A DNA stretch of 64,000 nucleotides from an uncultured Nitrososphaerota archaeon (GCA_964594835.1 CAZQNA010000003.1:96001-160000), one strand, 5' to 3'; shown: positions 29,758 through 39,155, numbered from the stretch's first letter. The notes: generated from the sequence alone by a model not told the origin. Made by a program: numbers and translations.

Positions 29758-31389
29758 TCATTTCCTGCCTCCGGGTGCCGACATCTTCCTCAGGACCCTG
29801 TCGTATTTTGACTCGTTGGCCTCCATGTGGGCGACGAACCTGGGGACGTCGAGGGTCACGCCCAGGTTGCCCTCGGTGTCCCTGTAGAACCTGAAGCCGG
29901 CTATGCGGAGTTGGGCCCTCTTCTTCCTCGAGCGCACCATCAACTCGATCTTGCTCGGGGCCACCTGGAGGTATGCCTCCCGGCCCCACAGCTGCCTCGC
30001 CCAGTTGCAGATCTGGGGGACGGACAGGTCCAAGACCTCGCGGCCGTCGAGTGGGGCCTTCAGCCAGACCGACTTCATGAAGATCGCGAGTTTTTGGGGT
30101 ATCTTGTTGAGTATCACCGTCTCCGGAGGCGGGAGTTCGACCTCCAACTCGTCGACCTCGTCCTCCTTGCCCCTCCCCACGTACCTGGCCCTGGCCAGCC
30201 AGAACCTGTAACGCCTCCTGGCCTCCTCGAACTCCCCTTTGACTTCGCGCCTGGGGACGAGTTCGACGTACATCTTGCTGAGCCTGGCGGCGTCCTCGGG
30301 GCCCTTGGGCTCCGGCATCCTCAGGCTCATGGGCGGGGGGGACGTCACGAGTTCGGCGTGGCCGCCCTTCGAGATGAAGATCCACTTCCCGGGGACCATC
30401 CTGCGCATGGGCGCGACCGCGCGCATCACGGGCTCCGGGATCGGGAAGTACTTGGCCAACTCCTTCCTCTGCCTGTCCTCCTTCAGGTTCGTGGGGTGCA
30501 CGAAGACGGCCTGGGTGTTGTCGAGGAGAGTCTTCGGAATGCTCTGGACGTTCTGTACCTCGTAGAAAACCCGGGTCAGCGCGGTCCTCGTCTGCCTCAG
30601 CAGGGTCACGAAGTTCTCGATCCTCTCGCGCAGGTGCCAGGTGGAGCCCATGGCCCCAACCCGAGGGGCCACCTCCCTCAGTTCCCTGAAGTGCACGATG
30701 ATCCTGGCGTCCTCTATGGCCTGGACCAGGTGGCCCATGAGGTTGTCGAGGACGACGTTGAGGGCGAACCTGCCGAGGTCCCGCACGGACGGCTTGAAGT
30801 AGGCGTTGCTGAGCACGGTGAAGTCCCTCCTCTGGATTATCCCGACGAGTTTGCCGGGCTCCAGCGGGCTCTCGTCCTCGATGAACCCCGACGTCAGCAA
30901 CGCCAGCAACCTGGGGCTGACCTTGTCCCCCCGCTTCCTGATCAGGGCCTCCAGCACGTCCTCGATTTTGGCCTCGGGCCCCCCGGCGGAGTAGTAGGCG
31001 TCAAACAGGTCCCTTGCCTCTGAGGGGCTCAGGAACCCGCCCAGGGTCCGGAAGTGCCCGAACGAGAGCATCCTCACGCTGAGCGGCGCGAGCCTGAACC
31101 TCGTGGGTATGGCCTCCATGGCCAGCGGGAAGTTGAACGTGAGGTATTCCACGTCCCAGCCCCGGGGCTCGAGGCCCGCGGCCTTCAACCTCCTGGCCTG
31201 CAACCCGCGGGCTGGCAGGTGGAGGGTCTCGTCCTCTCCCTTCACGTCGATGATGAGGGAGTGCCAGCCCCTGCCCCTCAGCAATTCGAGCAGGAGTTGG
31301 CCCAGCCAGGACTTCCCCACGCCCCTGATGCCCACGATCGCTATGCAAGCCGTCCTCTCGGCCAATATCTGCTCCAGGTAGTCGGTCAT
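29758..31389 (-). CDS. Divergent HerA/FtsK/VirB4-superfamily ATPase
   Basis: GIRGVGKS, IIDVKGE, atypical Walker B HFRELREVAP, RQTR, YEVQN...LLDNT. Confidence 0.75.
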   Translation of the reverse strand: MTDYLEQILAERTACIAIVGIRGVGKSWLGQLLLELLRGRGWHSLIIDVKGEDETLHLPARGLQARRLKAAGLEPRGWDVEYLTFNFPLAMEAIPTRFRLAPLSVRMLSFGHFRTLGGFLSPSEARDLFDAYYSAGGPEAKIEDVLEALIRKRGDKVSPRLLALLTSGFIEDESPLEPGKLVGIIQRRDFTVLSNAYFKPSVRDLGRFALNVVLDNLMGHLVQAIEDARIIVHFRELREVAPRVGAMGSTWHLRERIENFVTLLRQTRTALTRVFYEVQNVQSIPKTLLDNTQAVFVHPTNLKEDRQRKELAKYFPIPEPVMRAVAPMRRMVPGKWIFISKGGHAELVTSPPPMSLRMPEPKGPEDAARLSKMYVELVPRREVKGEFEEARRRYRFWLARARYVGRGKEDEVDELEVELPPPETVILNKIPQKLAIFMKSVWLKAPLDGREVLDLSVPQICNWARQLWGREAYLQVAPSKIELMVRSRKKRAQLRIAGFRFYRDTEGNLGVTLDVPRFVAHMEANESKYDRVLRKMSAPGGRK

Positions 31390-32327
31390 CCCTCTTCACT
31401 CCCTTCCTCCTCACTCCCCTCCTCTTCTCCCGCTTCCTCCGGCAGACCCGCCGCCAACTTCGAGAGGGAGGACTTCGGGAGTTTGCCGATCGACCTAGCG
31501 GCCAGGTTCACGGCGTTCCGTAAGACATCCGGGTACGTCCCGGCTATCTTCTGGACCGCGTAGTTCATGAATCCCAACAGAGTCTCCTCGATGGCCGCCA
31601 AACCGAGGTAGACCCCGTTGACGTAACCCCCCGAGGAGCCCGAGTTTTGGGCCCCGAGCCAACCCCGGAAAGCCTCCTCCGGCGTGTATATCGCCAGCCT
31701 TTCCTTCCCGTCCTCGGTCTCTATCGTGAACACCCTGAACGGCTTCACCTTCCTCGGATCTCCGACCTCGATCCCCGCCAGCCTGACCAGGGGAAGCAGG
31801 TTCAGCATGAACACGACCAACTTGTGCCTGAACTCGTAGAAGTCGAAATATTGTGCCAGCATCTTCGCCAGCGCGTCCCTCAGAGGGCCGGGCAACTTCT
31901 CCCTCGGCACGTCGAACGGCGCGGCGACGACCACGTGGGACGCGTGCCTCTCGAACGTCTCCTTGGGCATCACCCTCCAAAAGCCTTTGAACGACGCCAC
32001 CACGAAGCCGTCGTACTTCCCGCCGGAGATCTCCAGCGCGGGTACTCTCACCCCGTTGATCGTCGCCTCGAGGCGCCTGATCCGGTTTGCGTTCAAGATC
32101 TCCCAAACCTCCGCCATCATCTCCTCGAGACCGTTGATCGCCCACCCGCCGTCCTCGAACCTCACCAACTCCGGAAGCCTCGCCTTCAGCTCCTTGATCC
32201 TCTCCTCCCTCTCCCTGAGTTCGCGTTTCAACTCCTCCAACTCCATCTCTTTGGATTGGAGCTGCATCCGCAGTATCCTGACTTCGATCTCCAGATCCTT
32301 CTCACTCACATACCTAACCTCGTACAT
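31386..32327 (-). CDS. Hypothetical protein with N-terminal coiled coil and acidic tail
   Basis: GGAGG RBS before ATG 32327; ATGA overlap with ATPase. Confidence 0.75.
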   Translation of the reverse strand: MYEVRYVSEKDLEIEVRILRMQLQSKEMELEELKRELREREERIKELKARLPELVRFEDGGWAINGLEEMMAEVWEILNANRIRRLEATINGVRVPALEISGGKYDGFVVASFKGFWRVMPKETFERHASHVVVAAPFDVPREKLPGPLRDALAKMLAQYFDFYEFRHKLVVFMLNLLPLVRLAGIEVGDPRKVKPFRVFTIETEDGKERLAIYTPEEAFRGWLGAQNSGSSGGYVNGVYLGLAAIEETLLGFMNYAVQKIAGTYPDVLRNAVNLAARSIGKLPKSSLSKLAAGLPEEAGEEEGSEEEGSEEG

Positions 32328-32444
32328 CTCGTTACCTCCCCGGGCGGTTGGACGCCCCGCCATCTCGGGGCCGGGCCGCCCGTGCGCCCCCACCGGGTCG
32401 CCCGGTGGCTTGGGTGAAAGAAAGAGGGAAAGGGAGAGGGCGGA

Positions 32445-33080
32445 TCAGACCTCGACGGGTTCACCCCTCACCCACCTCCTTGCAATGGGGTCGTATCGGT
32501 AGCCCAACTCGTAGAGCCTCCTCTGGACCGTCTTCGCGGACACGCCCAACGCCTTCCCGATCACGGTCGTGCCCAGGCCCCTCTCCGCAAGTTCGACCAG
32601 CCTCTCCTCGTCGATCGGAATCTTGGGCCTGTGGCAGATAACGCCCCGAGCCTCGGCCCTCCTCCTGCCGGCCTCCAGCCTCTCCCTGATCAGCTTCCTC
32701 TCGAACTCCGCAATCGCGGCCAGTATCTGGAGGAGGAGTTCGCCCTCGGGCGTCGTGGTGTCGATCGGCTGGTCTATGGCCCTGAACTGAACGCCCAGCT
32801 CCCTCAGCCTGTTGATCGCGTTGAGCAGGTGGACGGTCGAGCGGGCAAAGCGGTCGATCTTGGTGACGAGGACGACGTCGAACTTTCCGGCCTCGGCGTC
32901 CCTCATGAGCCTCCTGAGTTGGGGCCTGTCACCCAATGCGCCAGAGATGCCGGCGTCGCGGTAGACCCTGACGACCTTCCACCCTTGCATTTTGCAGAAT
33001 TGCCGAAGCCTCTCCTCCTGGGCCTTCAGGCTCTCCTCCTGCTTGAGCGTGGACGTGCGTATGTAGAGGGCGGCCCTCAT
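32445..33080 (-). CDS. Serine recombinase (resolvase/invertase)
   Basis: YIRTST, DAGISG, RPQL, KIDRFARS, AEFER..I.ER, C-terminal HTH. Confidence 0.95.
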   Translation of the reverse strand: MRAALYIRTSTLKQEESLKAQEERLRQFCKMQGWKVVRVYRDAGISGALGDRPQLRRLMRDAEAGKFDVVLVTKIDRFARSTVHLLNAINRLRELGVQFRAIDQPIDTTTPEGELLLQILAAIAEFERKLIRERLEAGRRRAEARGVICHRPKIPIDEERLVELAERGLGTTVIGKALGVSAKTVQRRLYELGYRYDPIARRWVRGEPVEV

Positions 33081-33514
33081 CCCGGACCCTCCCCAGAAGA
33101 TTGCGTCTTCCGGCCCGTCAATGCGTCAGAAGTCGAGTGAGTCGTCCATGGGTCGGAACTTGGCACTTCCGTCCAAGAGTCGCCTCCGAGGCCCTCCCCG
33201 TCGTCCTCTTCTTCTCCCTCGTCCTCGGGGTCCTCGGGTAAGGGTGGCGCCCCGAGCGGCAGCACGTCGGGGTGGTCCGACGGGTCCCCGTCCCCGGCCT
33301 CGGGGCGCGTCACCCCGCCTGGGTTGGCATCGCGGTCCCCCGCCCATCCGTCGTCGGGCTCCCACCGCGGGTCGACCCTTTCGGGGGCATGCCCCCGCGG
33401 GGTGGGAGATCCCTCTTCAGGGTCGTTCGGTTCGGCCGGGGACCAACCCGGCGGCCATCGAGGCCCCACTTCCCCGACGTCGAACGGTAGATCCCACGTC
33501 GGACGGGCGATCAT
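33077..33514 (-). CDS. Pro/acidic, probably disordered hypothetical protein
   Basis: ATGA overlaps at both ends (33511-33514, 33077-33080). Confidence 0.55.
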   Translation of the reverse strand: MIARPTWDLPFDVGEVGPRWPPGWSPAEPNDPEEGSPTPRGHAPERVDPRWEPDDGWAGDRDANPGGVTRPEAGDGDPSDHPDVLPLGAPPLPEDPEDEGEEEDDGEGLGGDSWTEVPSSDPWTTHSTSDALTGRKTQSSGEGPG

Positions 33515-33735
33515 CCGATCCCCACCTCCCTCATGGCGAGCCAAGCCGCGATCTCCGGGCTGGCGGCCCTGATCTTCATGACGAGGTCGTAGAGCGGGTT
33601 GCCGCCGAAGGGAACTTTGACGTAGTAAACCCCGCCGCGCGCGTAGATCTCGAAGCCCCACCCGTCCACCTCGACCGTAGCGAGGTGCCTCGCGCCCCGG
33701 GGCAACCTCGCGACGTAGACCACCGGATCGGCCAT
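33511..33735 (-). CDS. Small hypothetical protein
   Basis: TGATG coupling with upstream ORF; globular-looking sequence. Confidence 0.65.
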   Translation of the reverse strand: MADPVVYVARLPRGARHLATVEVDGWGFEIYARGGVYYVKVPFGGNPLYDLVMKIRAASPEIAAWLAMREVGIG

Positions 33736-33959
33736 CACGAATCCCTCCCGAGCCACTCGGAGAACTGTCTGGCCCTGATTTTGGCGACCGCCAGGTGCCA
33801 GAGGATCTCGCGGATCTTCCTCTCCGCCTGCGCGTCACCGGCCCCGACGGTCCGCTCGAGGCATTGCCGGAGGATTTCCTCCGCCCCCTCCATCAGCCCC
33901 ACCGCGGAGTCGAGCCGGCCCTCGAGCCCCGAGCGGGCCTCAGCCGACCTCACCTTCAC
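33735..33959 (-). CDS. Small helical hypothetical protein
   Basis: Coupled within the operon. Confidence 0.55.
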   Translation of the reverse strand: MKVRSAEARSGLEGRLDSAVGLMEGAEEILRQCLERTVGAGDAQAERKIREILWHLAVAKIRARQFSEWLGRDS

Positions 33960-34302
33960 CCTCGACCACCTCCGCGAGGACCTCCGCCTCGAGCACGGCG
34001 GATTTCAGGAGGCAGATGCCCTCGTGGCGCCTCTCCTTGCCCTCCAGCGTGCGGCCGAAGACGAGAACGAGGTACTCCGGCGACTCCTTCGCCAGCCAGC
34101 CGACGTACTCGAGTTTGATCGGCTTGGCCAAAGTCTCGTCGATGTCCTCTTCCTCCTCGAAACTGTAATGATCCAAAACGACGATCCTGACGAGAGATCC
34201 CGGCCTGAGCCGGGGCAGGGAGGGAGATCCAGCCCCACCCGCGGCGGGGTCGGGCCCTCCCTCCTCGCGGGCGATCTCACCAGACGTAATCAATCTCACC
34301 AC
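33940..34302 (-). CDS. Small beta-rich hypothetical protein (virus-like)
   Basis: LVRIVVLDH...YVGWLAKESPEYLVL; GGAGG upstream. Confidence 0.6.
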   Translation of the reverse strand: MVRLITSGEIAREEGGPDPAAGGAGSPSLPRLRPGSLVRIVVLDHYSFEEEEDIDETLAKPIKLEYVGWLAKESPEYLVLVFGRTLEGKERRHEGICLLKSAVLEAEVLAEVVEGEGEVG

Positions 34303-34888
34303 TCTCCACCTCCCAATCCGACTTCGGGCGCCCAAGGCGGGCGGCCCCGTCCAAACCGGCGGGCCGGCGCCCCCGCCTGGACAGGTAATCGGCAAGCCAT
34401 TCCGCCTCGGGGAATGACAGTCTGAGCACGTCGACCGCGCGGGCCTGCAGGTCGGCGGGCGGGCCCAGCGTCGAGAGCAGGCGGTGGCCGATCAGGAGGG
34501 TCGTCGGGTCCCCGACCGGGAACAGTTTGGCGCGCTCCCCGTCGGGCGATATGCCGAACGTCCCCGCCTCCCCGATCATGGCCGCAAATTCGGAGAGTTC
34601 CGGGAGGATCAGGTAGGCGGTCTTTGCCTTCTTTCGCTTCCGCGCGACCCGCTTAGCATCGACGAGGATCAGGATCGCGATCGGCAGGTAGAAGCCGAGC
34701 CTGACCTGGAACCTGTCGTAGTCGAGCCACCTGGCGGAGTTCTCGTCGTAGATTACGGGGAACTCGTCCCCGTCGTCTGCTATGAAGATCATGGCGTCAC
34801 CGGGTGTCAATACCCTGACCGCCCTGCCCGACAGGTGCCTCCTGAGGTCCACGACCGCGAACTCGGGTTCGACGAGCCTGACGCTCAC
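34277..34888 (-). CDS. Hypothetical protein
   Basis: GTGA overlap with the rep gene stop. Confidence 0.65.
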   Translation of the reverse strand: MSVRLVEPEFAVVDLRRHLSGRAVRVLTPGDAMIFIADDGDEFPVIYDENSARWLDYDRFQVRLGFYLPIAILILVDAKRVARKRKKAKTAYLILPELSEFAAMIGEAGTFGISPDGERAKLFPVGDPTTLLIGHRLLSTLGPPADLQARAVDVLRLSFPEAEWLADYLSRRGRRPAGLDGAARLGRPKSDWEVESGEIDYVW

Positions 34889-37800
34889 TCCTCACCACCC
34901 CCCTCCTCTCTCTCGGGCTTCACGCGGTAGCGCACCCTCACGACGGCGCCCCTCTCGCCGCACATCTCGCAGATTCCGCCCGGCCTCTGCCCGGTGAAGT
35001 GAACCTCGACGCTCTGGTCCTCCTGGAGGTTCTTGAGGCAGACGTGGCAGACGTCGACCAATTCGAAGTCTGGGAAGGGCCCTCTCGGTGAAAGGGGCTC
35101 AGTTGGACATTCCCCGGTGGGTCCCCCGAACGGGGCCCTCCCCTGCTTTTTCGGCCCCGCGGTCGGAATTGAAATGGGCCCTCTCCTCGCCCCTCCTGGC
35201 CCGTTGGACATCTCTGGACAATTCTCTACAACGGGGCCCTCCACGGGCCCATCATTACTGTGATATTGTCCAACTGAGCCGATCAGTGAACTGGCAATCC
35301 CTTCTCGAGCCTCACTCTCGATTTCGGGCCCTCTCGTGGGCCTTAGATTTTGTCCAACAGGACCCCCATTCCAAGATGTGGGTGGGGCGGCGGCGCCGGG
35401 CGCCCCTATGTTGGAAGGTGTCCCCGTTGGACAAATTGGACAAACCCTCTCCTCGCTTCTTTCTCCCTTTTGGTCGTCGAGAAGTCTTGTCAGTGGGTCG
35501 ATCGGCTCAGTTGGACATTCTTTGATATCAGAGGGGCCACCACCTTCGCCAACTCCGATGCTTTGTCCAAAGTAGGATTGCCACAACTCGTCGACCGTTA
35601 TATCACGGCCATCATGGGACAGGATAGTGACGGCCTCCCCGCGCGCCTCTGCGGCCTGGACGATGGCCCTGAAGTCTTCCTCCAGATCCTCCTTCGTGAA
35701 ACTCCTGACCGCCTCTCTCATCTCCTCGATGAAGGGCGGAATGAGATCCTCCCTTACCATCCTCCAGAGGTACGAACCCCTCCGCTCGGGGTTCTCGCGC
35801 CTCTCGACGGCTTTGACATCCAAAAGTTTGCGAAGGTAGTAATCGGCCGACGAGCGGGGGTATCCGAGTTCGGTGGACACCTCCGTGAGCGTAAACTCGC
35901 TTGATCCGAACCTCTCCTTGAGTTTCTTGAAGAATTGAACCGTGTTCTCGCTGAGCCCGGTCATCGCGGTCTCGAGCGTGCTCTCGTAGACGCGAAGGGC
36001 GGTCTCGAAGTCTTTTGGCAAGACGATGATGCTCTCCGCGTCCCCAACCTTCAGCGTCGGCCTGGCGAAGACGTTGGTAGCCGCGACGGCCTGCACCAGC
36101 GTCAAGAAAGCCTTGATATCCCTCATATGACGTCCTTTATCCGCGGGAAACGCTCTGGCGATCTGGTTCCTGAAGGGAATCCAGAAGAACGATTGTCCTG
36201 GCTTTACGAGTTTCTTCCTCCTGTTGAGTTCCCTAAGGACGAGCGTCAGCCTCGCGCGGACCTCCTCCAGCTCTTTGGTCTGGTACTTCGCCTCGAACGC
36301 TGGTCCAGGGAGTCCGAACCGGTCGCTGGACAGCGCATTGGCCTCCCGGTACTTCTCCGGGCCGGTCTGCGGGCTGATCGTGAGGAATCGCGTGCGGATC
36401 TGGTCTTCCAACCACCTCGGAAACTCTTCCTCTTCAGTTTTGCAGAAGATGACGACCGGCCAGCCCCGGATGAGGATCTTCTCCGTTCTGAGGCGGCCTC
36501 CCTTCTTCTCGACAAATCTGTATTCAGTTTCATAGGCGTCCCGGCTTAAGTGGGGCCTTAAACGGGCTAAGAGGGCATCATCGGGCTTTTCAAGGAACAG
36601 GAGGATCTTTCCGTCGAGGTCGACGAGGCGCCTGGAGTGCGAAAGTAGGTCGACGAATTCCCTGGTCAGGGCCTCCTTTTCGCTCTTGTCCTTCGTCGCG
36701 TCGATGCGAGCCCGGAGGGCGGCGATCTGATCCGCGATTGGCCTGCCCTCTTCGTCCACCAACTCTCCGTGATCGTAGATGAACGAGCGCTCAGAGGCCC
36801 CTATGAGGATCAGAATTTTGTCCCGCGGGTAGAGTTCCGCGACGGAGAGGATAGGGTAGGTCTTCCCCTCAGAGGAGGGTGCGACGTTGGCCATGTTGAG
36901 CGGGGAGGGCAACTCGCTGGAGAGCATCGTGGCGTGGGCGTAGATCACGCTCCGCGCATCCTTCTTGACGAGCCGGCTTGCCGCCTTAACTACTCGGCTC
37001 CAGAGGTCTTCGTGGGCCAATTCCGCCTTCAGTTCGTCCGGGTCGATGTCGAACTCCCAATCGAACCCGCGTTCCTCCTCTTCAGGCCGCTTGGGAAGGG
37101 CCCTCCTGATCGCCTCGACCGTTTCCTCGTCCAATAGTTCCCGGAGCCCGGAAAGGCCCTTGACCTCGTTCAAGGGCTTTTCATAGGTGTCCCTGACGAA
37201 TCGGAGCCTATCCTCGACTTCCTCGTCGCCAGCGAGCAGGGCTATCGCCTTAACGATGAACTCCGCCTCCTCCTGGGGGATTCCCCTTTTGCGCAAATAG
37301 CCCGCGAGCGGACCCGCGAGGTGGTGGCGCTGGCTCGGCGTCCAAGCCGGAACGACGGCCTCGACGAACCTCTTCCACCACCTCGCCATCTCCACCTTCT
37401 TTAGAAGTCTCTGAAGCGCCTCCTCGTCCACGCGCCCGATCGGCGTCCTTTCGGGGTCGCTCAGCCACGTATACGGGCGTCCCGACGGGTGAATCGATGG
37501 AGGGGCCGTCACCAGGAGGCCATTCGTGCGGATCTCAACCCAACCCTCAACCTTGACGGGCTTGCAACTCCGCGGGAGCCTCAGGTAGACGTGATAGCCC
37601 TTCCCGGTCTTCACGACCCATGTAAATTGTGCTATCTCCTCGATTGAGCCATTGAAGAAAAGGGAGAAGGGTTCGGGCCCCTCGAGGTCGACGACCGCTA
37701 CTCCCCCGGGGATTACGAGGCCGATTCCGACCTCTTCAGGGCTTTTACCAGCGAACCAAGTCTCCAACTCCTCGTCCGTCGGCAATCGCTCCCGCGCGGG

Positions 37801-37956
37801 CTCCCAAGTCGGCCGACCGTCCTCCTTGAGCCAGCCGACGGCCGCTAGGAGTTTGCCGTGGGGCCTCTTCTCCCTTGGACGAAGCGGAATTACCGGGAAG
37901 CCGCGCGAAACGTATAATTGAGCCCATCCGAGAACGCTCCGCTGTTTAGTCTCCAC
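34885..37956 (-). CDS. Replication protein: Prim-Pol + PriCT-like + MCM-like AAA+ helicase + wHTH + C-terminal Zn finger
   Basis: GFPVIPL..K.P, VVDLE, KTGKGYHVY, APPSIHPSG..Y.W; APSSEGKT; RTRF; RHMRD; FTLTEVSTELG; CHVC...CEMC. Confidence 0.88.
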   Translation of the reverse strand: METKQRSVLGWAQLYVSRGFPVIPLRPREKRPHGKLLAAVGWLKEDGRPTWEPARERLPTDEELETWFAGKSPEEVGIGLVIPGGVAVVDLEGPEPFSLFFNGSIEEIAQFTWVVKTGKGYHVYLRLPRSCKPVKVEGWVEIRTNGLLVTAPPSIHPSGRPYTWLSDPERTPIGRVDEEALQRLLKKVEMARWWKRFVEAVVPAWTPSQRHHLAGPLAGYLRKRGIPQEEAEFIVKAIALLAGDEEVEDRLRFVRDTYEKPLNEVKGLSGLRELLDEETVEAIRRALPKRPEEEERGFDWEFDIDPDELKAELAHEDLWSRVVKAASRLVKKDARSVIYAHATMLSSELPSPLNMANVAPSSEGKTYPILSVAELYPRDKILILIGASERSFIYDHGELVDEEGRPIADQIAALRARIDATKDKSEKEALTREFVDLLSHSRRLVDLDGKILLFLEKPDDALLARLRPHLSRDAYETEYRFVEKKGGRLRTEKILIRGWPVVIFCKTEEEEFPRWLEDQIRTRFLTISPQTGPEKYREANALSSDRFGLPGPAFEAKYQTKELEEVRARLTLVLRELNRRKKLVKPGQSFFWIPFRNQIARAFPADKGRHMRDIKAFLTLVQAVAATNVFARPTLKVGDAESIIVLPKDFETALRVYESTLETAMTGLSENTVQFFKKLKERFGSSEFTLTEVSTELGYPRSSADYYLRKLLDVKAVERRENPERRGSYLWRMVREDLIPPFIEEMREAVRSFTKEDLEEDFRAIVQAAEARGEAVTILSHDGRDITVDELWQSYFGQSIGVGEGGGPSDIKECPTEPIDPLTRLLDDQKGERSEERVCPICPTGTPSNIGAPGAAAPPTSWNGGPVGQNLRPTRGPEIESEAREGIASSLIGSVGQYHSNDGPVEGPVVENCPEMSNGPGGARRGPISIPTAGPKKQGRAPFGGPTGECPTEPLSPRGPFPDFELVDVCHVCLKNLQEDQSVEVHFTGQRPGGICEMCGERGAVVRVRYRVKPEREEGGGEE
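35074..35570. repeat. Iteron-like cluster (TTGGACA/TGTCCAA x8, GGGCCCTC x5) inside rep gene; candidate origin
   Basis: Heptamer at 35103, 35204, 35267, 35351, 35427, 35436, 35511, 35564; GGCTCAGTTGGACA three times, one inverted. Confidence 0.75.
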
Positions 37957-38293
37957 AATCCCCCACCTCGCTCAATTGGACCCAACCACCCGCAATGACG
38001 AAGCCCTTGGCCTCCAGGAACTTCCTAGCCTCCTCGTAGGCTTTCTTGAAGGCGGCGAAGGTTCTCTGATGATCCTGAAGATCTCGTGGGCGAGGACGGA
38101 ACTCGCGAGAAAAACAGACGACGATTCCGCCCGGGCAGACGACGTAGAAACGGAGCGTGGCACACCCCAGGAGCCGTAGCCGCCAGTTCACTGGCGGCCA
38201 CGAGGCGTCAACTGCAACCTTGGCCCCGTTCAGCTCTTCGACCAGTCTAAGGAAGGCCTCAAGGCTGTCAACGGCGACGATCACGCCCATCAC
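37946..38293 (-). CDS. Hypothetical protein
   Basis: Overlaps the rep start; coupled with upstream ORF. Confidence 0.65.
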   Translation of the reverse strand: MMGVIVAVDSLEAFLRLVEELNGAKVAVDASWPPVNWRLRLLGCATLRFYVVCPGGIVVCFSREFRPRPRDLQDHQRTFAAFKKAYEEARKFLEAKGFVIAGGWVQLSEVGDCGD

Positions 38294-38526
38294 TCTCCCC
38301 TCCTATCCTCTGGCTTTTCGGCTGACGCTGACGCTTGTAGGAGAAGTCCAACGAATTTGGCTTCTATGGGTCCGAGGACTGAGCGCAAGGCCTGACGAAG
38401 CGCCTCGTCGTTCCTGAGTTCGTTCGCGAGGCTCCTGGCCCGATCCACAACGTTTAAATCGACCAACCGCCGGTGATACCGGCGGGGAGGCGGGTCCGGG
38501 TGGGAATGCGCGCACGGGTGGCTCAT
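38290..38526 (-). CDS. Small hypothetical protein
   Basis: ATG 38526 directly after the RHH stop, strong RBS. Confidence 0.55.
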   Translation of the reverse strand: MSHPCAHSHPDPPPRRYHRRLVDLNVVDRARSLANELRNDEALRQALRSVLGPIEAKFVGLLLQASASAEKPEDRRGE

Positions 38527-38527
38527 C

Positions 38528-38719
38528 TCACCCCTCCCCTCCCCCGCTCCCGTCCTTCTCCGTGAATAAGCCAAGACGGCGAAGCTCTCGCCGAACGGCC
38601 GCTCGGACTAATTCGGAAATCGAGAAGTAGTAGCCAGCCCCGATCGCTTGTTTCACGGCCTCGTCTAGCGATTTAGGCACGAGTATGTCCCACCGACCAA
38701 CCAACCTCTTCCTCCCCAA
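38528..38719 (-). CDS. CopG-like ribbon-helix-helix regulator
   Basis: ILVPKSLDEAV..AI..GYY.SISELVR.AVR. Confidence 0.85.
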   Translation of the reverse strand: MGRKRLVGRWDILVPKSLDEAVKQAIGAGYYFSISELVRAAVRRELRRLGLFTEKDGSGGGEG

Positions 38720-38751
38720 CTTCAGACAACCTCCCGAGGCCCCGCCAAGGG

Positions 38752-39130
38752 GCCCGGGATCCTCCCGGGCGTGGAGTTTTTTTCCTTTTCTGTTATCACA
38801 TCCATACCGTAACTTAAACGAAGTTTATTAAATCAAAGAGGCTTATTAATTTATTAAATGGAGTTGAATATCACAAATTTTGACGCGCCCTTCGCCCGTT
38901 CCGACGTTACGCACAGGGCCGTTTTACAATATCTCAACATGTAAGAAATTTAGGAAACAGATTCACTAATTTCGTTGAAAGAATGGCAATAACCGCCAAA
39001 CTTCCCGAAATCAAAATGATTTAGATAACTGAGGTTTTCTCGAAAAAATGTTGATGATTTTGTGGAAATTTTGGCGCCACGGCGCCAATATGTCGGCGAC
39101 GGCGCGCCGAAAAAATCGCCGAGTTGTATG
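38752..39130. promoter_or_regulatory. AT-rich control region of the element
   Basis: TTTATTAAAT at 38824 and 38850, hairpin 38752-38770 with T-run, palindrome TTGGCGCC-AC-GGCGCCAA at 39071-39088. Confidence 0.6.
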
Positions 39131-39155
39131 TAAATGTTCCGGGTGCTGATCCGAT

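Noticed and set aside
35074-35570. CRISPR-like array
   Set aside because: Repeats are short, irregularly spaced, in both orientations and inside a CDS; no cas genes
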